A program made the position numbers and the translations under genes. Below are positions 28,258 through 39,401 of a stretch of DNA of 64,000 bases, piece after piece. Each line of letters starts with the position of its first letter. The stretch's first letter is position 1. The notes below the pieces were generated by a model. That model was given only the letters and a program-made list of their open reading frames with translations. It was not told the origin of the DNA and made no database searches. The DNA lies in the NCBI GenBank assembly GCA_905331295.1, contig CAJNYD010000225.1:124001-188000 (forward strand). The letters run 5' to 3'. The DNA comes from Rotaria socialis (taxonomy: Eukaryota).

Positions 28258-29594
28258 TTGAGAAATCGTGTCTAGACGCAGTTCTGATGCAGCGATCGCG
28301 TCCGGACGCGTGTGGACCGATAGACGAAATTTTAAAAAAATGTATTACAATCCTTCTCAGTTTTGATCTGATTTGCCATCATTATTCCTAACGATGGTCT
28401 CTACCTAACCATAGATCAACGGAAAATTTAAGCTTTACTGTTTCTACAAAGATAGAAGGTATATTAGAACAAATGAGCTCTTGATTAGAAGACAAGTGTA
28501 CATACCAGTGAATCACATGTGATCACAATCAATTTTTGAGTCGAATAAAGAGAATCTTGCTGAAAATACAATTTCAGTGTAATAGTTGCGTTTATCAGTT
28601 TGATGGCTAAAATATCAATTGATTCTTTCAAGTCGCTTTGATCAACTGGCCATACGAAACAATTTATTAATTTAACATCAGTGTGGGTGTGGGTGTGATT
28701 TCCATTTATTCTCACACCCACACCCTTTTTTCTTATGATCTGTATCTTTCTGTCTTTAGAAACAATGGTTTCGACCCAAAACAAAAAGAAGAGCTCGCGG
28801 ACAAAGTGAATTAAATACAGAGTTAAGCATATTACCAGTATTTGCTCTTCTAAATAATTATGAAATTTATCTTAAATATCGATCAACAACTAGTATGCTT
28901 TTGCATAGTTTAAGTGTACTAGTCAGAAAAACAACTGAATTTACTATTGAAATAGAGCATGATTTTTAAACAACAACAATTAATAGTGTTATTGATTGAA
29001 ATACAACATGTACCGCATCAGTGCTCGACGCTATTCTGGTTGATAAAATCGCTTTTAAAGTTAATTTTTAATTCAAGCAATACTATATTTTCATGTGGTA
29101 ATATGGACTTCTCACATTAGAAAAACTACATCATATAAATAATATTGTTATGCAAAAAGCTTTAAAAATGGGCATAATACTATGTTAAAGCAAGAATCTG
29201 GTGGTCAGTCAATATCTGATACTATTATCCATTTAAAAATAGAAGAGATTCCATTGCTTTTTGAATAGCTTTTGAACGGAACATGATAGATAGCTGCGGT
29301 TTTTACCATTGGGCAGAGAAATGTTGGAGGCAGCTTTCAATGCCAAAATTTGATTGGTGCATTATGAACCAATCAGATGAAATTTCAACGGACATTTTGC
29401 AAACAATATTTTGAACGCAACTCTGATATTGTTATGAATTCTCTCGTGACCATTCGGTAGAAAGAAAAATGTTCTCTTTCGATCTAGACAAGGCCAAACT
29501 TTCTATCTCATTTAGTTGAGGAGTTATACGGGTTTTATTGAGACCCCCGATTTCGACTAATTCAAGTAGAATCATTCGGAAAACAACCTTGAGA

Positions 29595-29804
29595 GGGGCA
29601 ATTCACTACGCTGAGTCAAGTGGCAATGTTTATTTTTCGATTCAAAACACATTCACGTTATAACTTCAATATTCCTTAAATTATTACTCCAACCGCTAGA
29701 TGGTGCCAGAATGAAAAATTTGAGGAATATTGAAATTATAGCGTGAATGTATTTTGAATCGAAAAATAAACATTGCCAATCAACTCAGCGTAGTGAATTA
29801 CCCC
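29595..29804. mobile_element. Nested hairpin MITE
   Basis: GGGGCAATTCACTACGCTGAG ... CTCAGCGTAGTGAATTACCCC with ~90-bp arms. Flanks TTGAGA / TTGTGA. Confidence 0.85.
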
Positions 29805-29805
29805 T

Positions 29806-30327
29806 TGTGACGACAGCAACGCCACTGATCTTGTCTTGATGTTTGTTATATCATGTATGTTTATTTCTCTTCTGTGCTGTTCTCTCTTGTTGCTTATTGT
29901 TGCGCTTGTTATTTTCAACATTGACCCCTCTTTCGTTTTTTGCGCTTAGACTCAGAAAAATGAGATATATACTTAATCTTTTCTTCTCTTCTAGTTTCTT
30001 AGAAGCTTCTTGATATATCTCCCTTCACTGAGATATATACTAATTCTTCTTTTTCTTCTCTGACCACTAATTTTCTTCTCTATCAAAAAGAATCCTCTTT
30101 TTGATCAATTACATATTACCTTTTTCTTTTCAACTTGACTGTTCTTTACAATCAATCTAACTCGATTGCCCCTTACAATCGTTCGAACGCGTGTCAGCTA
30201 TTTGCTTGTGGAGTTCTTCTTATTCTCAACTATTTCTGTTCATTGAATAAACAATTGGATCTTCATCCAGTATTCAATACTATTTAATTTTCATCGTTGT
30301 CATTCTGCCATAACCAATACTGTGACA
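29806..30327 (+). repeat. LTR-like dispersed repeat; its 5' part recurs inverted at ~40672-40800
   Basis: Starts TGTGACGAC and ends TGTGACA, with TATATA and AATAAA (~30246) inside. 29801-29945 matches the reverse complement of 40672-40800. No TSD. Confidence 0.5.
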
Positions 30328-30904
30328 TCTGGCATTATTATTAGTTACGTCTCTGATCCTCATCTAGGCGCTACACCCATCTCAAGGTTGTTTTCCGAAT
30401 GATTCTACTTGAATTAGTCGAAATCGGGGGTCTCAATAAAACCCGTATAACTCCTCAACTAAATGAGATAGAAAGTTCGGCCTTGTCTAGATCGGAAGAG
30501 AACATTTTTCTTTCTACCGAATGGTCACGAGAGAATCCATAACAATATCAGAATTGCGTTCAAAATATTGTTTGCAAAATGTCCGTTGAAATTTCATCTG
30601 ATTGGTTCATAATGCACCAATCAAATTTTGGCATTGAAAGCTGCCTCCAACATTTCTCTGTCCAATGGTAAAAACCGCAGCTATCTATCATGTTCCGTTC
30701 AAAAGCTATTCAAAAAGCAATGGAGTCTCTTCTATTTTGAAACGGATAATAATAATATGCTACATAGCACAGGGTTTACGTTGAACGAATTCCTCGATAA
30801 AAACGTAACAAAAAGCAATTGGAGCCGGAATCTTGATTCTAAATTTACAAATAGATACTATGGACTAAATCTGAAGGAAGAAAGCTTCTTTCCATCGCTT
30901 TTAG

Positions 30905-31360
30905 GTCGATCGCTTGTATTGTTAAAAGCACAATTTGAATATGATATAAGATGTTTTTCAGAAATTTTAACATTTAAAAAAATATTGTGTAATCATTCAT
31001 TAGGTCGTCGCCTTGTTTTAGGTGATGAAAATTAACCAACAAGAATATCATCATCAAGTGCAATAATACGACCAATAGCACCAATTATAATTAAAATAAC
31101 AACAAATAAGCAATTATGTAAAGAAGCTCGGGTACTTGTAGCAATACAATTAAGAGAATTTCAAATATATATGCGTATGTCAAATGTTATGGGCAAAGTC
31201 GAATGGAATACAACTCATGTTTGTTCAACTGGAAGTTTAACATTAACAAATACAGGACAAAGATCAATTTTCTTTTCATTAGGTCTTCAAAAATCTATAT
31301 TTCAAGTTGAACAAGGCATTGTTGGAGGAACTTTAAGATTAAAACATCTTAGAACTACAA
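30905..31360 (+). pseudogene. Isolated exon of BLTP1/KIAA1109 (tweek) with an in-frame stop
   Basis: AQFEYDIRCFSEILTFKKILCNHSLGRRLVLGDEN*...VAIQLREFQIYMRMSNVMGKVEW...GIVGGTL resembles the BLTP1 C-terminal region (KYDMRRLSEIL.F..ARRLFLGD; MNMSNVMG..W; GVVGG). Bounded by AG and GT; TAA at 31033-31035. Confidence 0.75.
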
Positions 31361-31668
31361 GTAATTTATTTTTCTTAATATAGAAAATTATTAAAATAAT
31401 TCAATTAGCAATAAAATGAGCATAAGTGCAACAATACATAGATATTTTTTTATTGAGAATTCTGTATAATTCAAAAATATAAAATCACCCCACATCCACA
31501 CCCACACTCTAACATATAAGAAAAGAGAAAAGTTTTGCATGTTGTGAATATACAAAAAGATTTAAAAAAGCAAGAAACGTTAAAGCGATGTGGGAAGAAA
31601 TCAAAGAGCACAAACGTTTATTGAGAAAGAAGACAATAATGTTTCATCGAATTGAATTCTTTCTTCTA

Positions 31669-31900
31669 CACTGTAAAAATATCCACAGAATAGTAAACGG
31701 AAAAAAGTTTTTGATAGGACGCTTAACAAAAAAAGGGTTTATAAAGTGCAACGCATCATAAGCCCTTTTCCCCGTACATGACGACGATTATAAACCGGTA
31801 TTTAGGTTTATGATTTGGAAAAAAAGTTTATCAGATATTTCAAAAGCGGAAACCAGAGTTTGTGTCACGTTGCACTTCATAAACCCTTTTTTTTACAGTG
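31669..31900. mobile_element. MITE with CACTG termini
   Basis: TA|CACTGTAAAAA ... TTTTTACAGTG|TA. Internal inverted pair AAAAGGGTTTATAAAGTGCAACG / CGTTGCACTTCATAAACCCTTTT. Confidence 0.65.
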
Positions 31901-32244
31901 TACCGCTGTTTTCAGATAGACGCAAAAATAATTGTCGTTCGCATAGCTTGTTGATATATGCAAACGGATCACTAGCGCATGATTCAATTCCTTTTCATTT
32001 GCCTGCTGTTCTGATGGAAGTAGGAATACCTATACAGTTCCTTCTTGCTGTCGATTAACGCGTGACAAATATATTCGAAAAGTATGTCTCCGTTCTCCTT
32101 TACAGGTGAAAATACTTGGGTACTGCTGTTTCGTTTGACGAAGCCAACTCGAGTATATTCAAGATCGAATAGAACGGAAGTAGGCATTTGTTGAATGAAA
32201 GGTTCTGTTTCTAAGGTATACAAAAATTTCATTTTCTAGCTAAA

Positions 32245-34305
32245 ATGGCCATTTGTGACGATGGGCTTGAAATGCTAACGCATGAGAGTGCCTATCTCGA
32301 GACATTTCATCTTGTTTGGCTTGATACCACAGAGAACGAGTCATACAATGAGAAGATGATTGCTCGGCAGCAACTCCGCACGATCTTCAAACATCTAAAG
32401 ATATTTAAGAATCCCAACGAATGCCAAGAGTACATGGAGAATATGACAAATACCGATCGAATTGTGCTCATTGTCGATGGTCAATCAAGTCAACAGATCA
32501 TTCCTCGCGTTCACGAACTGCGGCAAGTGTCCTCAATCTATGTTTACGAGAGTAACGATGACGCGTTGGCGACTTTCAGACTCAGCCAAAAGATCAAAGC
32601 AGTTAGCGCCGAGTTCGATTGCATTAGAACACAGCTTGTGTCAGATCACCAGCATCGAACAAGACGACGTTACCAAGAAGTCGACGAGCCTATTTCAATC
32701 AGTATTTTCAATACGAGCCTCATGTCCGATCAATCGTCAACAGGACTCAATGGTCAATTCATGTTTTCACATTTGCTCATTGACATTCTACTTCGAATGC
32801 CATCGACTGATACGGACAAAAACGAACTGATTGCTCTGTTTGAAGAAGAGTTTAGCGGCAATTTGGCCAATCTTGCTACTTTGAACGAGTTCAAACAAAC
32901 ATATTCATCTAAGCAAGCTCTGTTGTGGTACACGAAAGAGTCATTCTTGTATCGCTTATTGAACAAAGCTCTTCGGGTTCAAAACATTGATTTGCTCTTT
33001 CTCTTTCGATTCTTCATTCATGACATTCATCAACAACTCCAACAACTGCGATGTTCGAGCCCGATTCGCGTCTATCGCGGACAGGCGATGTCGATAGAAG
33101 AACTAAATGTACTACAAAGTTCTATTGGTCAGCTCATTTCCATGAATTCATTTCTTTCGACGAGTGCCAATCGTGATCTGGCACTCTTTTACTTGGGCAA
33201 CTCGACGGCACTCGACGCCTCACCACGAGTTCTATTTGAAATCGATGCCGATCCTCGACTAGATAGTGCTATGCCATTCGCCAATATCACTGCTCACAGC
33301 CACTTTCCAGACGAAGAAGAAATTCTCATGATGCTCGGCAGCATCTTTCGCATTGAATCTATTCAACACCAACGAGAAAAAGACAGTCAATTAGTCCACA
33401 TCGTTCGAATGACATTGTGTAGCGATAACAATCACAATGCAAAACTTGTCTATGAAACAATGAAAAGTGAACTTGGTGTCGACGGCACCGAAAAAACAAG
33501 TCTCCTTCACTTTGGAGATGCACTGAATGAGATGGGGAAATTTAATGTGGCCGACAAGTATTTTCATCGCTTGCTCTACCAACTCCCGAATAATCATGCA
33601 GATATTGCTCATTGCTATCATGGTCTTGGAGAAGCGGCTACTGGCAAAGGCGAATATGAAGCTAGTCTCGAATGGCTTCACAAAGCACTCGAAATTCGAA
33701 TACAAACACTACCATCGGACCACGATGACATTGGGCAGACCCACAATTGTATCGGCATTTCATTCGAAGGCCAAGGCGAATACAATTTGGCGCTCGAGTC
33801 CTATGGTAGAGCTTTGACTATATGGCAACTCACAAAGGACAAGAATTATCATCGAGTGGCCTGGTGCCTCAACAATATTGGCGTTGTCTATCAAAAAGAA
33901 AAAAAGTATACTGAATCACTCGAGTACCAACAAAAGTCACTAAGTATCAAAGAGAAAAATCTTCCAACTGATCATCCAGACATTGCGGCATCACTGCATA
34001 ACATTGGCGATGCTTATTGTTCTCTTGGTCAACATGATACAGCTTTAGAATATTACGAGCGAGCTCTTAATATTTTTCGAAAGTCTCTACCTGATCATCA
34101 TCCTCACATTGCATACACATTGGGCAGCATCGGTCACCTGTATGAGAACACAAACGAGCTTCAAAAAGCCTTGTTTTACTTGCAAAAATCATCGGATGTT
34201 TATCGGCAAATACTGCCTGCGACCCACCGTTATCGGATCAAAATTGAACAGAGCATCCCACGAATAATAGAAAAAATGGAGCCTTCTCTTACCACATCTC
34301 ACTGA
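32245..34305 (+). CDS. Intronless 686-aa ADP-ribosyltransferase (R-S-E type) plus TPR protein with an N-terminal receiver-like alpha/beta domain
   Basis: ART motifs VYRG, SFLSTS and EEEIL, preceded by WYT.ESFLY..LN.ALR. About six ~42-aa TPRs (LP.DHPDIA.S..NIG type). Single long ORF, visibly less AT-rich than its flanks. Confidence 0.92.
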   Translation: MAICDDGLEMLTHESAYLETFHLVWLDTTENESYNEKMIARQQLRTIFKHLKIFKNPNECQEYMENMTNTDRIVLIVDGQSSQQIIPRVHELRQVSSIYVYESNDDALATFRLSQKIKAVSAEFDCIRTQLVSDHQHRTRRRYQEVDEPISISIFNTSLMSDQSSTGLNGQFMFSHLLIDILLRMPSTDTDKNELIALFEEEFSGNLANLATLNEFKQTYSSKQALLWYTKESFLYRLLNKALRVQNIDLLFLFRFFIHDIHQQLQQLRCSSPIRVYRGQAMSIEELNVLQSSIGQLISMNSFLSTSANRDLALFYLGNSTALDASPRVLFEIDADPRLDSAMPFANITAHSHFPDEEEILMMLGSIFRIESIQHQREKDSQLVHIVRMTLCSDNNHNAKLVYETMKSELGVDGTEKTSLLHFGDALNEMGKFNVADKYFHRLLYQLPNNHADIAHCYHGLGEAATGKGEYEASLEWLHKALEIRIQTLPSDHDDIGQTHNCIGISFEGQGEYNLALESYGRALTIWQLTKDKNYHRVAWCLNNIGVVYQKEKKYTESLEYQQKSLSIKEKNLPTDHPDIAASLHNIGDAYCSLGQHDTALEYYERALNIFRKSLPDHHPHIAYTLGSIGHLYENTNELQKALFYLQKSSDVYRQILPATHRYRIKIEQSIPRIIEKMEPSLTTSH

Positions 34306-34952
34306 GTTCCGTATTTGCACCCTAAAAATTTTCTTTTCATCAGGTCTTCACCTGAAATGTAATTGCTTGATCGACGTATATGCTGTCGTTCGTTATTTAT
34401 TAAAAGAGGGCCTATTGGAAAATTAAGCACCTCCTAAAAGATCCTACCATGAAAATTTTTGACATATGACTTTCCTTGTAGGAAGCGGAAGAGTTTGATT
34501 GAAAGCTGAGATATTCGAATTTTTAGAGTTTTATATTTTCTACTTCATTCATGACGGTGATTTGATGATACGGATCATTCAGGATAAAACTCCTCAGGAT
34601 CTCTCCATTATGTGACGAGATACCTCCACTGTTGTTCTACGTTGTCTTTCATTGGATTGAACAATACAAATATGTATCTTGAAGACTGACTCGCCAGGCT
34701 TTTTTTGCACAGCAATAGACAAGTTCCTTTTCTACTGATCGATTGACCCAAACTCATCAGACTAAGCGTAAACAATCGCAATGAAAAACGTTGCATTACA
34801 GCATCGGTTAATAAATCTATAATAGTACAGAAAACAAAAATGATTTAATGAAAACAAAACTGAAGCAGGGTTATGACTAAGGCAAAAAAATGTTATACTG
34901 TTAAAAAAATCACAATATCAAAGCTTGAAAGAATAAGTTTATTCATATCCTA

Positions 34953-36578
34953 TCATTTCATTATGCCAATAGTAATTGGTAAAATAAACATGATCAAAGC
35001 CAAATTCATAATTTTCATCCTACCAACATTATACGATGTTCTTAATGCAGTAGCACTACAGTATCCAACATTGGTATTGATAAATGCTATGTAAGAGTTA
35101 TCTAGACCCAATTGAACACGAATCGGCTCTCCATACTACGTAGTGAGTATTTGAAAACTTGTTGGCATTGGTATTGTCAGAAAAATAGTGGTTGGAGAGC
35201 CAGTACACATACCAGTCGCGCTGCCTGTCATTTGCAACTGATTATTAGTTGTTTGGAAGAATTTAACTTGATTCGATAAACAACAACATCTGGTTGTATC
35301 GCATTCACCATCCATTAGAAATGTACCGATCCAATTGGGCGTAGAAGATATTGCACCTTTTATGAAAATAGAGAAAAAAATCAAGAGAACTGTGCTTCTC
35401 CTTGGTAACTGAGACAGCTCGCTCAGAATGCCAAAGGTAATATGTATGTTAAAGTGTCAAGTTTGTAGGTTTCACAGGAGTTTTGAGTTTCATATTTCTA
35501 CATATATGTTGCTCGCCTCAAATGATTATCGGTGGAAATACCCATCTCTAACAAATACGTATTCGTCTAAGCGAATATTATCTTGCGTGTCTATCTACTA
35601 CGTTGTTGTACCTACACTAAATAATGAGTTCAAAAAAGAGAAGCAAAATTTTGTCAATTAATCATGTAAAATATCGATGTTCATTTTGCAGGCGTATGCA
35701 AAAATCGAAGTATATCGTTCCTTTGGCAAGCAACCAGTATTTATTATTAGTTGATGAGAGTATTTTATAGTGCAGTTTTTTCGCTTTTATTTGCTTACCT
35801 AAAGGACATGTTTTGAGAAGAGCAACTGGGACTACAACAGCAACCACAAGCAAAACACCAATTATCAAACCAATAGCAAGTCCAATCATACATTGTTTTG
35901 AACAGAAACTCGGATGTTCACTAAAATATTAAACAAAAATAAAATATCTCGTAAGAATTAGGATGTAATCAAGTTCGACGCCAAATTCTAGCATTGTCTA
36001 TCTGTCCGAGAAAAAAATTCCTCAATAAAATCACGATGTTGACCAGTTTAATTGATTCGCAAAAGTCATCCAGTTGGTATGCATCAATGCCATAAACGGT
36101 TTGGCATTAACAGCTCGATTAAATCGGTCAACGCTCCGATTTTCTATGCTACAATTTGGGTGGTCTATGAAAACCTAATAGACGCTCTAATTCTCGTGGT
36201 TCATTTTAGATCGGTTGAAAGCTGATTTTGACGAACATAAGTCAAGAGGTCTCATTTGGGCTAGTTGACCATATCTAGGCTTTTCTCAAAGTCAAAGTTT
36301 TTTCTTTTTCATACATTCCTTCACACTTCATATACCGAGATTTGTATTGTAAAAACCTGTAATATCGCAAGACAGAGCCGTTGTAGATACTGTAGTTTTG
36401 TTAGAAAAATTTCTCCATTGCTATTAGAAGAAGATTAGAACGCTTACGATTTAGAAGTTTGGTGCTTATCATCATTTCTTGTTTCCTGATGTTCATATTC
36501 TTGATGATACGGTCTTAATGCTATCGATGAAAATCTGTGATTTTGCAGTTGCATGTCGTCCAGGTAATCAAAATTCAT
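34953..36578 (-). pseudogene. Cys-rich membrane protein gene (exons 36578-36448, 35920-35799, 35356-34953) with one in-frame TAG
   Basis: Phase-compatible GT-AG splicing gives an N-tail, a TM segment (IGLAIGLIIGVLLVVAVVVPVALL), an ectodomain NWIGTF..D..CD...CCCL..Q, then TT*YGEPIRVQLG.. and a hydrophobic C-terminus. Stop at 35136-35138. Confidence 0.65.
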
Positions 36579-37759
36579 TCCAATGCGAACACCATTAGCG
36601 GCGTATCCACGTGATGCTGCCATTGCAATTCGATGCTGAAATTAGTTTATCAAAGGTTCTTTCAATGTTAATTGAAAGTTCTAACAACGCTGTTCAGTTT
36701 AATCATTTAAATACCAGCGTACTGAATAAGCAACACTTTTTTCAAATTTCTTAATTTTTGAATAACTCGCGAACGCGACATGATATCGAGGTGCAGTTTT
36801 CGCTATGACATAGACAGCAGTGGGTAGATTTCCAAAAAAGGAAATTTCCTAGCTAAATATGCATATTTCGGAAATTACAGGGATGAAAAATTCAAGTTTT
36901 AGAAAATATCAGAAACTTTCATAATAACAGCAATATTATTTATCATAAGCCAAAACCAAAATAAAGTAATTTCGTATAATTTCTATATTAATATCCTCTA
37001 GGTTTAAGAAAAAATATGTAAACAGATTTAAAGACCCTAACCTCAAGAACTCGAGAATCTACTCTGTGTTTTAGTTCTAATTTGCTTCCATTTTGAAATT
37101 TCTGTTGGCAGTCTTGTTGTCTTTTAATAGTGTGATAGATATTTGTTATTTTCGGAAATTTACTTTTTCGGAAATCTGAACATACCTCATCAATGTATTA
37201 ACTAATCGAAGAGCAAAATCCTCATGTGTTTTTTTCATATTACAATGCCATCTGCTTGAAAAATGGCTTGTTCTCCTCTGTTGAGCGGTACAATTTATTT
37301 ACAGTAAGTGAATTCTACAAACAGAAATTTGAGCAATGATAAGCTTTTATCTGAATATCGACGGAACGATAAAATGTAAACCGATACACGGTATGAATTT
37401 GCGATGCCTACCTTACTTTCACCTTCGAATGTTTGACGTCAATAATAAATTTAAAAACTCGTCCAACCACGCTCACAAAACAAATAAACAGTCGAATTTA
37501 TGCATTTCTCGTTCTCCCAATAAAAGCACTTATTTATTCCTGTTCAATTTTCCTCTTGGTTACACAGAAAGAGAAAAAAAATTGACACTAATGCTCTTAA
37601 GGCCCTGGTACACCCTATAAAAGTCATTTTTTGATGGAAATATCGAGTTTTCGGTTTTGTTTAATAAATGGAGACCACGGTTGCATCCTCCAAATATAAT
37701 ATCCAAAAGTTAAAAAATATTGATGTTTCGCAAGCTCTGACGTGATTATGACCGACTCG

Positions 37760-38891
37760 CAAGGGGGGAAAAGCGGCTCCTGGTGGCTTCTGATGGATTC
37801 TAGAATCCACAAGAATCCACCAGGATCCATTTTGATTAATGAATTTATATCAATATTTTAAACAATTTTCAGTTGCTAAAGAAAACAACGAGACTCATAT
37901 ATGTCGGATCTATATGACTTTGATCGAGTTTTGAAAAAATTACGAAAGTGACCATGCATTTTGTTTACAGATCTAAATGGTCTATCTATCGTTTCTTGAA
38001 TCTAAATGCTTAGAAAAAAACTTACAGATTTTATTGTACACAGAAAGAGAAGAGCTGAAGGATTCATTGTTCATATTATTCTATGACTGAGAATGTGTTA
38101 CAATAGTCCTGAAAAAGATATTTAGCCTTTTTGTAATATAGACAATATTGTTGGAAAAATAATATTATTTTGTTTCTACCGGTGACTTTGTCTGTGTATT
38201 GATTAATTCTTCATGTTAAATTGCAAAGTTCTAACAAGTACATAAATATGACTGGGTTTACAACGATCGGTTCAAATATATGAACTGACAGCTATGAACA
38301 AGTTTTGTTTCAAATATAGTAGGGAGTGCTAGCTATTGCAAAAAGTGAAAAAATACATGGATTATTGCTACTTACTACATAGTTAATAAATTCATCACTC
38401 TATCCCATATTCTAATGAAAAAAGATTCAAATTTCATGTTTTCATGTGATTTACAAGTTATATTTTTAACCTTTCCCTTGATAGCTAAAAGAGTTGTTGG
38501 ATAACCTTTTACAGGATGTTAATGATTACGAAACTTCATGTTGCGAAGACAAATATCATGCTAAGAAGCTACAATAGAAAACCTTAAAAAGCAGCTTTGC
38601 CTAACTGGATAAGCCATCATTTTCGACTAAAAAAAGCAAGCGACAGCGATAAGGAGTAGATACTGATCTTCACATATCTTCAAATATCCACTAACACCAT
38701 AGGAATCCACTGGAATCCAGCAGGGTCCAGTAGAATCCAGTAGAATCCATAGAATCCATAGAATCCATAGAATCCATAGAATCCACTAGGATCCACAGAA
38801 TCCGCCAGAATCTACTAGGATCCATAGAATCCGCCAGGATCCATGAGGAGCCGTGAGAATCCAAGGAGCCAGGAGCCGCTTTTCCCCCTTG
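37760..38891. mobile_element. Non-autonomous DNA transposon with 8-bp TSD, same terminal family as 8076-8496
   Basis: TIR CAAGGGGGGAAAAGCGGCTCCTGG / CCAGGAGCCGCTTTTCCCCCTTG. Perfect TSD CCGACTCG (37752-37759, 38892-38899). Subterminal GAATCCATA-type tandem repeats at ~38700-38845. Confidence 0.9.
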
Positions 38892-39027
38892 CCGACTCGC
38901 CTATAGCCTTTCGAAAATACCCTACGCAATCAACGTATAAAAACATGTTCATTATCAAGTAATAGCCCGTTCCGGGAGCTGGGGTAAAAAAACGGGAAAT
39001 GAGTGTCATATGCAACTTTTTTCGAGG

Positions 39028-39303
39028 TAAGGCGGTTGTGTGAAGTGAGCACAACATGTAAGCATAAGAAATTATGCTCACTTCAGCTAGGAGTAATAAG
39101 CCAATCAAACAACGAATCCTTTTTTTACCATCATCCAATCATCTCTCTCGATGTCGATGGAGTGGAATAGCCATTGTAACATAATAATGGGTATCCACTA
39201 TTTGTGAATTACTAGTAATGTGAATCTTTTTAAAAATTTTATTATGTTCATGATAGCATATAAATTGATTGTTAATAGCAAACTTTCTGGAAACTGTATT
39301 CAT
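39028..39303 (-). pseudogene. Short intronless ORF remnant with one in-frame TGA
   Basis: MNTVSRKF...PLHRHRER*LDDGKKRIRCLIGLLLLAEV: the listed ORFs 39139-39336 and 38815-39138 share a frame and are separated by a single TGA. Confidence 0.4.
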
Positions 39304-39401
39304 AGCTATTATATATTTAAAAAAAATTGAAAACAAAAAAATTGAAAATTTTCTTTAATCAAAAAAATAATTAAAATAATTTAATAAATAATTAAAAAAT
39401 C

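Larger units (their letters stand above)
29223..30751. mobile_element. Long-TIR non-autonomous element (~370-bp arms at 29223-29594 and 30380-30751) with nested inserts
   Basis: Arms are near-perfect reverse complements, e.g. TATTATCCATTTAAAAATAGAAGAG / CTCTTCTATTTTGAAACGGATAATA and AAACAACCTTGAGA / TCTCAAGGTTGTTT. Confidence 0.92.

Noticed and set aside
27777..28391. Mirror-image ORFs on both strands (103, 87, 70, 69 aa)
   Set aside because: They are by-products of the fold-back MITE, not genes.
30628..30904. N-terminal part of the 135-aa ORF at 30628-31035
   Set aside because: It starts within the transposon arm; only the part after the AG at 30904 resembles a real protein.
32462..33817. 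Alternative-frame and antisense ORFs inside the ART-TPR gene
   Set aside because: Expected shadows of a less AT-rich coding region; no motifs.
37900..38660. Transposase remnant inside the 37760-38891 element
   Set aside because: Only short broken frames, with no recognisable DDE or THAP motif by eye.
38700..38845. Short tandem GAATCCA repeats considered as a CRISPR-like array
   Set aside because: Units are 9-10 bp with no unique spacers and lie in a transposon subterminal region of a eukaryotic genome.
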